Shown here one piece after another: positions 50,600-63,942 of a stretch of 64,000 nt of DNA. The notes under the pieces were generated by a model. That model made no database searches. It was not told the DNA's origin and saw nothing but the letters and a program-made list of their open reading frames with translations. The position numbers and the translations under genes are program-made. The stretch is from NCBI RefSeq assembly GCF_001194135.2, contig NC_068989.1, forward strand, positions 95,359,229 through 95,423,228. Reading direction: 5' to 3'. Numbering within the stretch: the first letter of the stretch is position 1; each line of letters begins with the position of its first letter. This DNA is from Octopus bimaculoides (lineage: Eukaryota).

Positions 50600-50809
50600 T
50601 TCTACTAAAGGCACAAAGCCTGCAATTTTTTAGGAGGGGGATAAGTCAATTACATCAACCCCAGTGACTCACTGGTACTTATTTCACTGACCCCAGAAGG
50701 ATGAAAGGCAAAGTCAACCTTGGTGGAATTCGAACTCAGAATGTAGAGACAGACAAAATGCTGATAAGCATTTCATTTGACGTGCTAACGACTCTGCCAG
50801 CTTGCTGCC

Positions 50810-50812
<3 letters not shown>
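50600..50812 (-). mobile_element. Family C tRNA-SINE between (TAA)n arrays
   Basis: ggcacaaagcc...gaaaggcaaagtcaaccttggtggaattcgaactcag...gccagcttgctgcctt. Confidence 0.85.
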
Positions 50813-50855
<43 letters not shown>

Positions 50856-52285
50856 CAACAATAATAATAATAATAACAACTATAACAATAATATATAAGC
50901 TGAAGAGGCTCTGCTGTGTTCACTATTGCTCTTGAAATAGAGACTGGTTAATAACATAATTTGAAGAAGAAATTTATTTGAATAAAACCTTTTATAAACA
51001 TAATGCAATAAAGGAATCGGGGTGGGGGGTGGGGGATGGAACATTTCTACAAACATTCACTCTTGCTATTCAGTTTTGTAAGTCCTTTGCAGAAGACATC
51101 CTTATATCCTAACATATCTCAGAGAATTTTTATATCATATTTTCTTGTACATTTCATAAAAACTAATATCTGCTGAAACAACATCTTCAAGATTTTTTTT
51201 TTTTTTTTTTTAGATGGAAATTTGATATTTCAGAACAAGAGATTCTTTAATGGATATTCTGGTACTTTGCAATTAAATGACCAGTTTAAACAGGAATAAT
51301 TAACAGAAAAATAGTGGACTTTTTGGAATTTCAAAAATAAACAATGATCAACAAGAACAATAATTCATGTAAGAGAGAGAAATGAAATTTGCCTTTCATA
51401 TTTTTCCTATCAAAGATGGATTTAATCTATAATCTTTGACAGTGGCTGGAATGGTTGCCTAAAAAAGGTCACTGCTCAATACTGGCATTACTGAAGGAGG
51501 AGGTGCTGCATAAGATTGTTCAAAAGTTCTCTGATTCTAAGACATATTCCAAGGTTTTGCATTGTTTTGTCTTCTAAACATTTTTTTTACACTTATTCAG
51601 TGTATTCTTTCTTATTTCTAGAGAAAGAGATTAGTTCCAGCTAATTAAATGGCTTATAGTTAATTAACATAGATATGTATTAAAATATGAAAATACAGGA
51701 GTTAAAAAAAAAAACAACCTTTATGCATTATTTCAGCAAACAAGATAAACAAATAAAAGAGAAAAAGAAAAAAAAAATAGAATTTAATCCAATAAAAGAT
51801 ATATGAGAAGAACAGGATTAACTATTTAGGTTAAGTTCAGAAACAAGAGACATTTTGTGGAAGATGATACAACTGCATCAGTTTATAACAGTAACAGATC
51901 CTAACCTAGTAAGGTAGGTCATGGAAAAAGAAGATCAAATCTTCAGTCCATAAGCAACAGAATATTATAAGATTATTTCCTCTCAGCCAATATTTCCCTT
52001 CCAGATTTGATTATTTTAACATTAATCTGTTCAAAACTTGCTTCTATTAAAGTATTCAAATTTTAAATTTAAATCTTGAACTGAAATATTATTATGATAT
52101 AAAATATAATTAGATTATTATGATATAAAACAATTAGATTTTCATAGTTACATGTTAGTTTCTGTTAATTCGAAAGTGAGTTATTTCACTAAACCTCTCG
52201 TAATTCATGATTCTTTTAAAAAATTAACACACAAAGGCAGAATGTATTTTTGTTAGAGACACTGTCGCAAAAGGGTTAACAAGAC

Positions 52286-52450
<165 letters not shown>

Positions 52451-54008
52451 TGAAAATGTTCATGTTTCTTTGCCAAAGATATGCTTTTAATTGATAATGA
52501 CAAAGTTATTTAACTTTTTATTCATTTATTTGTTTATTTTTTTTGCTCTCTGTCAAAAATCTCTGGAACGCATCACCCAACAAAAATTATTTTGCTAACA
52601 AATGCCTGCCACTAACAATGTGCCAGACTGAACACTAGATGGTGCTAAAAACAAAAAATAAAACAATTTTTTCTTTATTTAGAATATTTTAACATTTGTT
52701 ATCAACTGTCCTTAAGGAAGATTTTAAAATAAGCTTCATGAGAGAGACTGAAAATGAAAAAGAAAAAATTTCTAAACAAGGAAAGAAGAAATAGAAGTTT
52801 CAGAAAATATAAATAAATAAATAAAGTAACATTTGAACTATAAGTTCCTTTTTTCTAAACCTTTTATGAAAAGCAAAATTTATAAAATACAAAAGACATT
52901 TCTGGTTTTGGACTTTATATATATATTTTTTCTTTCTTTTTTTCTTTTCTTTTTTTTTTTTGCAACAAGAAAAATATTCATATTCAAAATCATTTCAAGC
53001 ATTCTAATGATTAACATAAAAGATATCACATCAACTTGCAGAAATGATTTTGGAACAAATAAATATGGAATGGACCGAACTGCAATCTTCAAAGTGTCAG
53101 AAGATATCACAATAGAAGTTTTATTGTCAAAGAAATGAATTTTTTAATGCCTGGGTGAGTGTGATGGTTGATCTCTGTCATTTGATGAGGAGAATTCAGT
53201 TGTTTGGTCAACTGAGTTATCAGCTCTTGAACTAACATGCGTACGGTTGAACATTCTGCAGGCACATGTACCCTTCATGTAATCGTCAGGCAAAGTCTGC
53301 ATGACATGCTGTGTGACCTTTCTGATACAATCCATCCATCTGATGGCACTAAGTGACACTAAGTGGGATTACTACCAGAGAATGCTAAGAACATTTTCAA
53401 AAGACTCGGAAACAAATGCAAAAAAGTTTAGAGCTTGTGAAAGTTTTAAAACTGAATTTCTTAAAAAGGAATTATGCTTTATATGTTTGGAAAAATAAAG
53501 GGAAAATTCAATGAAAATAATAAAACAAAAATGCTTAAATGTATCAACAGTGATCTTACCTGCCAAAAACCCAACATATAAATGCATATATAAACCCAAT
53601 CCTTTACACACACACACACACACACATGCACTAACAATATGTTAAATATCGTTTTTGTTAATATTGAGGGACAAAATTACAAAAGTACTAAATACAATAT
53701 GGTGTTAGAAGTATGTTAATTCTAGAAGATCTATTGCATAGATCAAGACAGATCAATGTAATTCTTTCTCTCTATATATATGTATATATAAATATGTATG
53801 TATGTCTGTATGTATGCATGCATGTACACAATATATATATATTTTATATGATGATGATGATGATATAATATATATATATATTTATATAAGTGCTGGGGGT
53901 TGATTCATTCTACTAAAACTTCTTCAAGGCAGTGCTGCCCCAGCATGGCTGCAATCTAATGGGTGAAACAAGTGGAAAATAAAAGAAAAAAATACAATAT
54001 ATATGATA

Positions 54009-54068
<60 letters not shown>

Positions 54069-56543
54069 TGTGTGTGTGTGTGTATATTATATATAATAAA
54101 TATATAACACTGCCAAGTTTTAAATAAAAATAAACATCCACAGTTACACCAACACTTATATATGTGCATAGATTTAAACATATATAAGTCAGTTCACTAT
54201 ATACACATTTTTGTATGCCAGTATATCTGTAAGTACACAGACATGTACATGCACACACATACACACATATTTATATATTTATTAGAACACAATATTTTTT
54301 GTCAGGAATTGATAAAATAAAATTTTTTTTTGAGAAGGCAGTGAAGCCATATTTCATTATTTAAAATTGTTGTTGTATAATTTGATCTAATCGTTTAGAA
54401 ATCCTGAAATCTATTAAATTAATTTTTAACTTTTGAACCAACTGTTTATAAAGCTTCTTTACAAAAACCTTTCTCTATTTGCTTTTTACATGTGCACAGT
54501 CTGTTGAATGAAGATGCTCTACTAAACACTACACCAACTGAAGAATATATTGGTCTGGTATGAGGAAACAGAAGAGTGTAACATTCTGAGCAGAATTCTT
54601 TAAGAAAGAAAGGGAGAGAGAGAGAGAGAGATCTTATAATACTTGGTACTTGTACCTGATGGTACATGTTCTGCCACCATTTTTTCATTTTGTAACCATC
54701 TATACTCACTAATTACCAATGCAGACTGTCACTCGTTATCTCAGATCCTCGTCTTCACAGAAATAATTTCATTAAGTGGAAGAAATAATTCCTTTTAAAT
54801 TTGTTGATTGATGCATGTCATGCTACAGCAGCAAAGCACAACACTTGTAACGGCAGCACCAGAGGTTCAATAGCAAGTATAATTCTCTTTGTTTTTAGAA
54901 TTAAAACTTTAAAAAAAAAAAACATTTTAAACTGGAAAATGTTGAGTTTTAGAGAAATATCAATAACTGAACTGATACTTATCAAAACATAAGTGATGCC
55001 TTCAGACAATTCGGGTCATTAAGTGGTTTCCATTTAATGTTTTTTGCTAGATGTGTGTGTGTGTATGTAGAGGTGCACACAAATTTATATACAATATATA
55101 CATATATATATATGCAAGTATGTATGTGTGTGTATATATATACACACACACATAATGTATATGCAATGTATATAAAATATGTATACACAAGCATGTGTGT
55201 GTATGTATATATTGACAGATGGATAGATAGAAATAGATTTATAGTCCCTATATTTAAACAGAATACAAATTAATTTTTGTGTTTATTGTATAATGAAAAT
55301 TATATTTCATAGCAACACCTGCTAACATGTGTAAAAGGAAGAAACAGTTTACTGTTATAATTATGGAGATCTCTGTTATACTTGCATTGAAGCCAAGGAA
55401 GATTTGTCTGCAAACATTCAAACACCAGACCCAACACATAAGAAAAGCAATTTCTATTAGGAATATATATGTTATTTTGAAAGATGCATTAATTAGAAAT
55501 GAAATGAGCTAAACTAACAACTTAACAGTGTTTCTGAATCCAACAAGAGACAAGACCTCACACATTTCATAACAAATTAGATTAGAGAGGAATATTTTGA
55601 AAATAAAATAGTATTCTTTGTAATAATTCTGAAGATGAAAAGCAAGAATTTTTCAAATGGTAATTTATCTTTAAAAGCAGCAGTCATGAAAGAGAAAATT
55701 TGTAAGGCCTGCATTCAGTTTATGGCACTTCTGTTTCCACAAGTTCATAATACTTACGTTTCATTGAAACTCAATGATAATAACTATTATTCATTTTGCT
55801 GCTACAATGTTTTAAAGAGAAGGAAAACAACAAACATCATCAACAAATTAGAAATATTTTGATCTGAATATTAAAAAAATTATAGGCTGAATTGTATTTT
55901 GTGATCTGATCTTCAAAGAAAATAAGATACCCTGGGGGAGCTTCAAATGTAGTTTTTTTGCAGTTATTCATAATAATACAGCAGTTTAAAAAATATCTTC
56001 TCAGTCAGCACAAGATGAAAAATAAATAAAAGGACAACTTGATACTGCCTGGTTGTATTTAATTGATGTTTCCTGTTGCATTTTATGAATATTAAGGAAT
56101 AGGAACAGGAAAAATTAGTAGACATAAAAGTACATATTTTATAAGTGAACTATGGATGCTATTAATGTAAAGCATTAATATTCTGTCCATTTATTTTAAG
56201 AGATCTAAGAAAACTTTTGGAATTTCACAGCATACGAGCATTAAGTTCTCAAGAAATTCAATCTAAATATCCTCCATAGATTATTAATTTCCAAAGTTCA
56301 AAAGATGCAATATAATTTAACTAAATTTCTAACTAATGCTGTTTAATAAATTTTAATACTTGACAGACTTATTAGAATGTGAAAAAGAAATTAAGAAAAA
56401 CCAAATGGCTTAAGTCAATCTGAACCTGGCAAAGATTAGAAGAATGAGCATTTTGAGTTGCTGAAGGAGTGGGAATCTCTGAAGGATAGATTTTGGGAGG
56501 AGGGGTAAGAGGGGGAGTGCTGGCTAATGTACTTATACATATA

Positions 56544-56575
<32 letters not shown>

Positions 56576-57289
56576 NNNNNNNNNNNNNNNNNNNNNNNNN
56601 NNNNNNNNNNNNNNNNNNNNNNNNNNNNNNNNNNNNNNNNNNNNNNNNNNNNNNNNNNNNNNNNNNNNNNNNNNNNNNNNNNNNNNNNNNNNNNNNNNNN
56701 NNNNNNNNNNNNNNNNNNNNNNNNNNNNNNNNNNNNNNNNNNNNNNNNNNNNNNNNNNNNNNNNNNNNNNNNNNNNNNNNNNNNNNNNNNNNNNNNNNNN
56801 NNNNNNNNNNNNNNNNNNNNNNNNNNNNNNNNNNNNNNNNNNNNNNNNNNNNNNNNNNNNNNNNNNNNNNNNNNNNNNNNNNNNNNNNNNNNNNNNNNNN
56901 NNNNNNNNNNNNNNNNNNNNNNNNNNNNNNNNNNNNNNNNNNNNNNNNNNNNNNNNNNNNNNNNNNNNNNNNNNNNNNNNNNNNNNNNNNNNNNNNNNNN
57001 NNNNNNNNNNNNNNNNNNNNNNNNNNNNNNNNNNNNNNNNNNNNNNNNNNNNNNNNNNNNNNNNNNNNNNNNNNNNNNNNNNNNNNNNNNNNNNNNNNNN
57101 NNNNNNNNNNNNNNNNNNNNNNNNNNNNNNNNNNNNNNNNNNNNNNNNNNNNNNNNNNNNNNNNNNNNNNNNNNNNNNNNNNNNNNNNNNNNNNNNNNNN
57201 NNNNNNNNNNNNNNNNNNNNNNNNNNNNNNNNNNNNNNNNNNNNNNNNNNNNNNNNNNNNNNNNNNNNNNNNNNNNNNNNNNNNNNNNN

Positions 57290-57327
<38 letters not shown>

Positions 57328-57896
57328 TATACTTATATAAAGAAAAAGAGACAAAGAAAAAGAAATGGTATGTTTATTGTAAGTTTCCAGTATGGAAGTG
57401 ATCTACTGTATATGTTTAGCTTTTATCAAAAAATATTGAATGAATCTCTAAATAAAACAATGAAATGAGCAAGAAAAGAAAAGAAATGAAGTGTATTAAG
57501 GAGAAAGGGTGATGATTGTTTTTCAAGGATTTAAAACATTGAACAGAAAGCCTTAGTTATACGTTTAGCTAAATCAAACCAGAAGAAAAGGGTAAGCAGC
57601 AAAATGGAAATCATTTTGGACTTACTATAACAGTTTTGATATCACAAATGTTATGATTTACTTAAAAATAAAAATCTTTGTAATTTACTAACGCAGTAAT
57701 CACTTGCTGTTTTGTATTTTGTTAAAAGTGCCATCTAGTGTTCATTATGCCAACAAAGGGCACCCATCAAGGCCAAAAAAAGGCCATTCTTTAAAAGAAA
57801 AAAAAAAATTAAAAAAACAAAACAAAACGTCCCTTGGAACAGAGACTACATTTAATGAAAGGATCCATACAAAATACCTTAAAACAGGTGTATATA

Positions 57897-58323
57897 TTAT
57901 TGAATTTTATTTATTTTATTATAAAAAAATTTTTCTTGTAACGTCCGAACTAAAACATCTCTCATTTTTGATTTAAAATCTTCATACCATTGAATGAAAT
58001 GCCTTCGACGATTTGCTTTCTGTACTTGGCTCATTGCTGCCTCTTTTTCTAAAAGAGCAGGCAACTCACTCCAGTGTTTAACATAGATAAAAGGTGCTTT
58101 GCTTTCTTTTAGCAGCCGTAGAGGAATATTTTTGGACGAAACTGAATGGCCGCAGTTTCCAGAGGTCATTACATCTTCGACAACTGGAAGAGATCCATAA
58201 GATAATGCTTCATATATTCTGTAGCACTCAGTATTTACTCCAACAGGACTAAGTGTCAAATCACTTTGGGCTAGAGACCGCAGGTAATCGTCACGAGAAT
58301 CTTCAGTTTCTTTAGGGCTCCAC
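57897..58323 (-). CDS. RXYLT1: Terminal coding exon of ribitol-5-phosphate xylosyltransferase 1 (TMEM5 orthologue)
   Basis: Minus frame [58 protein letters not shown]...PLRLLKESKAPFIYVKHWSELPALLEKE...RRRHFIQWYEDFKSKM matches the RXYLT1 C-terminus as I recall it ([40 protein letters not shown]). Acceptor ...ctacAG|G at 58325-58324, phase 2; TAA at 57899-57897. No upstream exon was recognised in 58324-64000. Confidence 0.93.
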
Positions 58324-59099
58324 CTGTAGTAGTAGTAATAATAATAATAAATAATAATAATGATGATGATGAGGATAATGACAATAACAACAACAACAAT
58401 AATAGTAACCATAATAAAAGCGTATCTTTGAAAGAAATGGAGAAAGTCTTAAAATACAAAGATCTCTAAATATAGATAACCCTAATGTAGAAACTGAAGA
58501 CAGAAACAATCCCTATAATAATAGGTGCTTTAGTTATGTTCAGAAAGCATGCAGACAAATACGTAATTACAACAGCAGTGCACAACTTACGTCAAGTAGT
58601 TTCAAGTAAAAATAACAACACAAAACAAAGCAGAACACATAACCAAGGTTTATACAAATCAATGTTTATCATTCCATTTGTAATTACTAAAAGTAGAATG
58701 ATACAAATTTTGTGTCTGTAGATTGAGAAACTGTTTAGCAATAAGCACCAAAATAAGTTAGGTTGACAACATTAAAACATTAATATCTGTTATTGCAAGC
58801 AATATAATTCTCTGAAAATGTTTTTCAATCTCAAACATGTCTACAAAAGTGAGTCTATTCCAATTTTTCTGTCGCAAATTGGTGCTTCCAAAATCTAATA
58901 TCATTTACCATAAAAACATATGAAAAAAGAATTAGTAATAAGATGGAGTACCACCTGACCCTGAAAGTTAAAATCTAGCTTTAAAGAAGCACAAAACAAA
59001 AGCAGTTCTGAATCTGATAACGATATAACCCTCATCAAATCCCCTAATTTGTTGACATGTACTACTGCTGTATCATCCACGTAGGCCTTTTAGAGGGTG

Positions 59100-59260
59100 G
59101 CATCTGGAATCCCTCACCCAAGTTCTTTTGGAACAGACCATTGCTGCTTCCATTGCCACACAAACAGTATACAGGAGATTGCACAACCCATTGCTATGCC
59201 CACTTCCAAACTGATCCAAGTGGGTTTTTACTCTTTGGTGGAGAATCACAAATAGAAACA
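59100..59260 (+). mobile_element. Possible Tc1-like remnant
   Basis: TQTVYRRLH resembles Tc1 xRTVxRRL, and LFGGES resembles VFSDES; heavily decayed. Confidence 0.3.
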
Positions 59261-60159
59261 ATGAAAATACTTCTTCAGTAGTTTTCTTGGGAATAGGATA
59301 TGTCTCAACAGTCAGTTGAATCATGGGATATGCTAACTTGTTGACATATACTAATAATACTTAAGGGTTGTTTTTTTTATTCGATTGCTGGGTAAGGGTG
59401 GGGAGGAGTAGTGTCCATGTTTATACACATGTTTCAAGACCAGGGGGATTGATGTAGTTAATGTTCCAGCTTGACTGTTGACATTAGCAAGGAAGGACAC
59501 ATAAGGAGGGAGAAAGTTTGGGGTGGGGGGACAGCAATATTCAGGGGTTATGGGTGGGGAAGACTGAGCACAGTGGTTATTGTGGAGACTTAGGGTGTTG
59601 GACACAATAAAGGTGAGGAAAGGTAGAGTGATGAATGGGTCAGAAGTGCCAGTGTAATGCTTCATGTAAGTTCAAGTTTGTGTTTAGCCACTTATTTCAA
59701 AATGTTTTAAAATTTAAAATATAAAAAGAAAACAAATATTCATTTGAAATTGTAATGCAAAATTTTTGTTTTCTATTTTTCAGTCAAGTATAATCACAAA
59801 GCATAACAACAACAAATCCTTTATATCAGAGATTGATAAGAAATGAGTCTGACATAAGATACACAGATGCTAATATATTCAGTGAGATAGATTAGTAAAC
59901 AACTTTTGAAAAGAGCTTTGTGAGAATATGGAAGAGTCCATTTGAAATGAAGAGCAGCTAACATGGAATAAACTTGCACCAACATATCTACTCACTTTCC
60001 TTTTTGCTTACATCAATCAATCTTGTTGACATGAATATTATTGTTTATTTAGTCCATGCAAACCACTCCATTCAAAAAAGTTCTCCTGGTTCTCATACCA
60101 GCCATTTAGTATTAGTCTACCATCACATTTTTTTTTATGTTTTTAGGTTGCCAGCTTGT

Positions 60160-60270
60160 CTGTGTAATCATCATCATCATCATCGTTTAACGTCCGCTTT
60201 CCATGCTAGCATGGGTTGGACGATTTGACTGAGGACTGGTGAAACCGGATGGCAACACCAGGCTCCAAAG
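60160..60270 (-). mobile_element. Family A retroposon 3' end, low divergence
   Basis: catcatcatcgtttaacgtccgctttccatgctagcatgggttggacgatttgactgaggactgg; near-identical to the reverse complement of 18612-18710. Confidence 0.85.
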
Positions 60271-62044
60271 TGATTAATAATTCTTTATCATAAACATATT
60301 TGAATCCCTGTTTTCTTTTTCCTTTTTTTTTTTTGTCATATTTCCAACCAGCAAATATCAATAGTGGTAGCAGCACTGCTGATTAAATAGTAACATTTTC
60401 AGTGATGGCCAATAAATGTGTTATCAGATAACCAAAATTGCTTGAATATATCAAAACCCAAGAACAATAGCAACAAAATATCACTTTTTGTTGTTCATCC
60501 TCTCCTTTTTCTCTTGATATTGTTGTATAAATATTTTTTGTAATACAAAGTGTATACACATTCATTTACATTTTGTTTGCTATTCAAATTTTTATTTTTT
60601 CTCCTCACTAATTTATTTTTCAATTTAAAAAAAAAATATAGCCTTTTGAACAGAATGAATTATTAGCGAAATGCATTAAAAAGCGAGGAATAATTAACAC
60701 ATCAGCTGAAAATAACTTGTGAAAAACAAGGAAATATTAAACAATGAATGGCTATAAAGAAGTGCTACAACACAAAACAATCTTATTATAAAACAACCCA
60801 GGAACCATTGGCTAAATAATGTTCACACATTGTATTACAAAATTATTAATTGCCTAATAAATTATTTATGCTAAACAGGCAGCTTTGCTTTGTTACATAT
60901 GCACACTAATTGAATTGCATGCCAGGTGAATGATTGAAGCACAGAGCTAGACAGAAAGGTCATAAGTTTAGCCACGTGTCCTCTTATGAGGTGCATTACT
61001 TACTTTAATCAACTCGGCTGAAAGTAAGTGGAATTTCCAGCTTCAATTAGAGTCGAGTGGGTGGACACAAAGGAAGTTAACCATCCATAAACAAAATAAA
61101 TAAAACACATCTGCTCGAAAAACAGTTATGCAAATTAAACCAATCCCAGATCTTTTCTAAAGTTGTCTGACTTGCTCGCCAGATGTCAGGTGTTTTTATA
61201 CCAAACAAGTTTATATAAGTTTATATTCTTTTAAGTTTGGAGCCCCATGATCTAATTTAAATGATGAGATTATCATGGCAAGAACATCCACCCTTGATGA
61301 TAATATAATTTGGTCTAGGCCCCACCCTAAAAAAAGGGAACAACAACTAATTTAGTGCTTTGGTGTAGTTTAATGAACTTATAGCTTTGATTTAAAATCC
61401 AGTCACCTGTTAAAATCTATTGCGAAGTTAATGAATTTAATGAGAGAGAGAGAGAGAGAGGTCCATAAAAGACAGATTTTACTTTCTTAGAGTGTTTAAT
61501 TAGATGTAAATTTTATTATAAATTCATTATGGCTCTTCAAAATTAAGACGAGCTGGAATTATTTGATAATGGTTACAATTAATCAAGACGTAAAGAAAGC
61601 AATAAAGCTAATTATTGTACAAAATGAAGGATGATCAACATATACAATATCAATATCAACAACCAAGATGTAATATTGATATTTCTAAGCATGAAGAAAT
61701 ATTGAACAGTTTCTTAGCTTAATTTTGAAACTGAAAACCAAAATCCATAACATAATACATATTTGTCTACATTGTTAATCTATAATCTTAATTTTGAAAA
61801 ACAACACTCACTACACTCTCAGAGTGCAGAAACACTGCCAGATCAGACTGGAGCCTGGTGCAGCCTCCTGGCTTCCCAGACCCCAGTCGAAACATGACTG
61901 AGATGAGCAAAAGATAAAAATGGATTCAGTTCATCTTGATTTTGAAATAAAGATATTTTCCAGATAATCTCTAATTTTTGAAACCATATCCAACATAAAG
62001 GAACTGTAGACTGAATATGGTTTCAATAAAGAAATACAGTCAAA

Positions 62045-62195
62045 GCAGCATCGTTAGCATGCTGAGCAAAATGCACATTCAGAGTTAAAATGCCGCCGGG
62101 TTTGCCTTTACGTTTCATCCTTCTGGAGTCAATAAAATAAGTACCAGTTGAATACTGGAGTTGATGTAATTGACTTACCCCTCCCCACAAATTAG
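62045..62195 (+). mobile_element. Family C SINE
   Basis: gttagcatgctgagcaaaatgc...tttgcctttacgtttcatccttctggagtcaataaaataagtaccagtt. Confidence 0.75.
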
Positions 62196-62269
62196 CGATC
62201 AATCTACAAATACTGCATATTTAAAATATCTTAGATATTAACGTTATTCCAGTTGTAATCCTTTTAACA

Positions 62270-62900
62270 GGCATGGATGCTGCAGATCACCCTCAAGATG
62301 ACAATCTGATCTCTTTCACTGTAGTTTTACTTCTCGTAATGAGATATTATGAAATACCTGTAGCATTCTTTTGTAATCATAATAAATCTGGTCAATTAAG
62401 GCAGAAACAGCAAATGCAAATATTGCAATGTAAATTATGTTGAAAGTGACTCAACACAAATTTGCAAATGCAATTATGAGTGTAAATGAATTATACATGT
62501 AAATAAATTATCTGTAAATTAATTAAGGAATTAATGAGACATGCAGATTTTCTCATTAGGTGTTTTTCAAAACTTGTTGCTAGTCATTTGAACAAAGATG
62601 CTTTGATGACAACAAAGCCTTGCCATCATCAAGTATGCATTTTATACACAGAGTATGCTTAAGCTCATCTTTGTTGCATAATTTATAAGCGAACGAGCGG
62701 TTCACATACATCATCAGATTGTTGTTCATGTTAATAACATGGATACTTATAGTTATATTAATGTTTTCAATAGAGCTTTAAAATAATTCTCAGACATTTT
62801 TTGGTAACAGATGGAGAAGTATTGTCAGCTTCAAAGATTTCAACTCAATCATTGAAAAGAACAAATCCATTATTTTCATGTCAACATTATTGTTGCTGTT
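62270..62900 (+). mobile_element. Possible P-element/THAP9-like transposase relic
   Basis: YYEIPVAFF resembles WKxPVAYFF and MLKLI resembles HMLKLxRN, in the expected order, but with many stops. Confidence 0.3.
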
Positions 62901-62924
62901 GTTGCTGTTACTATTAAAGGTGGC

Positions 62925-63150
62925 AAGAATCACCAGAGTATTGGAAAAAAAATGTGCTGTGTTATTTCTTCTGGTTCTTTACGACCAAATTCCATGAAGA
63001 TTAACTTTGCCTTTCATCCATTTGGAAGGACGGGGGAGGGGGTCAATAAAATAACATACCAGTCATGTAATGGGGTTGATGATATTGACTAACCCTAACC
63101 CTGCCCCCCCCCCTAAACTGCCAGGTTTCTTCTCCTTATTCTAGAAACAA
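62925..63150 (+). mobile_element. Family C SINE, diverged
   Basis: ggtggcaagaatc...gattaactttgcctttcatcc...taccagtcatgtaatggggttgatg. Confidence 0.65.
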
Positions 63151-63196
63151 TTATTATGTTCTATAAGAGATGAGGAATTATGTACATTATACCCAC

Positions 63197-63422
63197 GGGC
63201 ATATGGTGAAGTGGTTAAGAGTGTGGGCTACTAACTCCAAGATTCTGAGTTTGATTCCAAGCAGTGACCTGGAAAAATACCTAAGGAATGAGAACCCAGG
63301 TTTGAAATTTCCCCAAGACACCTGATGAAGGTTGGAGGGTATATTCAGCCGAAATGTTGTATTAACAACAAACAAGATGAGAACAAATATCCGTTTAATG
63401 TAAATAATGTAAATAATGTAAT
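63197..63422 (+). mobile_element. tRNA-headed SINE-like element containing a type I hammerhead ribozyme
   Basis: A-box-like TGGTGAAGTGG (63204-63214) and B-box-like GAGTTTGATTCC (63247-63258); hammerhead 63317-63363; (TGTAAATAA)n tail. Confidence 0.75.
63317..63363 (+). ncRNA. Type I hammerhead ribozyme motif, core intact
   Basis: GACAC CUGAUGA A GGUUG GAGGGUAUAUU CAGCC GAAA UGUU^GUAUU: 5-bp stem II, minimal stem III (AUGU, probably CpG-decayed ACGU), stem I 4 of 5 pairs. Confidence 0.75.
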
Positions 63423-63555
63423 TATTATGTTTTCGTTACTCTGCACCAATTGCTGGAGATGTGTTACATTGTCAGCTGTTCACTGTCAGTTTAGCAGGAT
63501 AGAAGTTAAAGCCAATCCCATTGAGACAGGAATTTAGAATTTAAGAGACATAACT

Positions 63556-63942
63556 AGGTGCAGGTGTGGTAAGTAGCTTACTTACCAACCACATGATTCC
63601 GGGTTCAGTGCCCCTGCATGGCACCTTGGGCAAGTGTCTTCTACTACAGCCTCGAGCTGACCAAAGCCTTGTGAGTGAATTTGGTAGGTGGAAACTGAAA
63701 GAAGCACGCCATATGTGTGTGTGAGTATATGTTTGTGTGTCTGTATTTGTCCCCCCCCCCCACCATCGCTTGACAACCAACGCTGGTGTGCTTATGTCCC
63801 TGTAACTTAGTGGTTCAGCAAAACAGACTGATAGAATAAGTACTAGGCTTATAAAGAATGAGTCCTTAGGTTGATTTGCTCGACTAAAGGCGGTGCTCCA
63901 GCATGGTTGCAGTAAAATAACTGAAACAAGTAAAAGAATAAA
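63556..63942 (+). mobile_element. Family B tRNA-SINE, full length (resembles described octopus OR-type SINEs)
   Basis: Pol III-like head (gtgtggtaagtagc...ccgggttcagtgccc), body gggcaagtgtcttctactacagcc...ggaaactgaaagaagc, internal (TG)n, 3' end ggcggtgctccagcatgg...gtaaaagaataa. Confidence 0.88.

Noticed and set aside
50895-50950. CTGAAGA...GAAATAG and similar words at 54539, 11752, 10305
   Set aside because: They lack either a closing stem II or GAAA in register.
60225-60250. CTGAGGA CTGGT GAAACCGG inside family A
   Set aside because: No stem II pairing and no UH site with stem I; treated as chance.
63197-63262. tRNA gene
   Set aside because: Acceptor and T stems are incomplete and there is no poly-T terminator; it is a SINE-type head. 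No true tRNA or rRNA gene was seen in the window.
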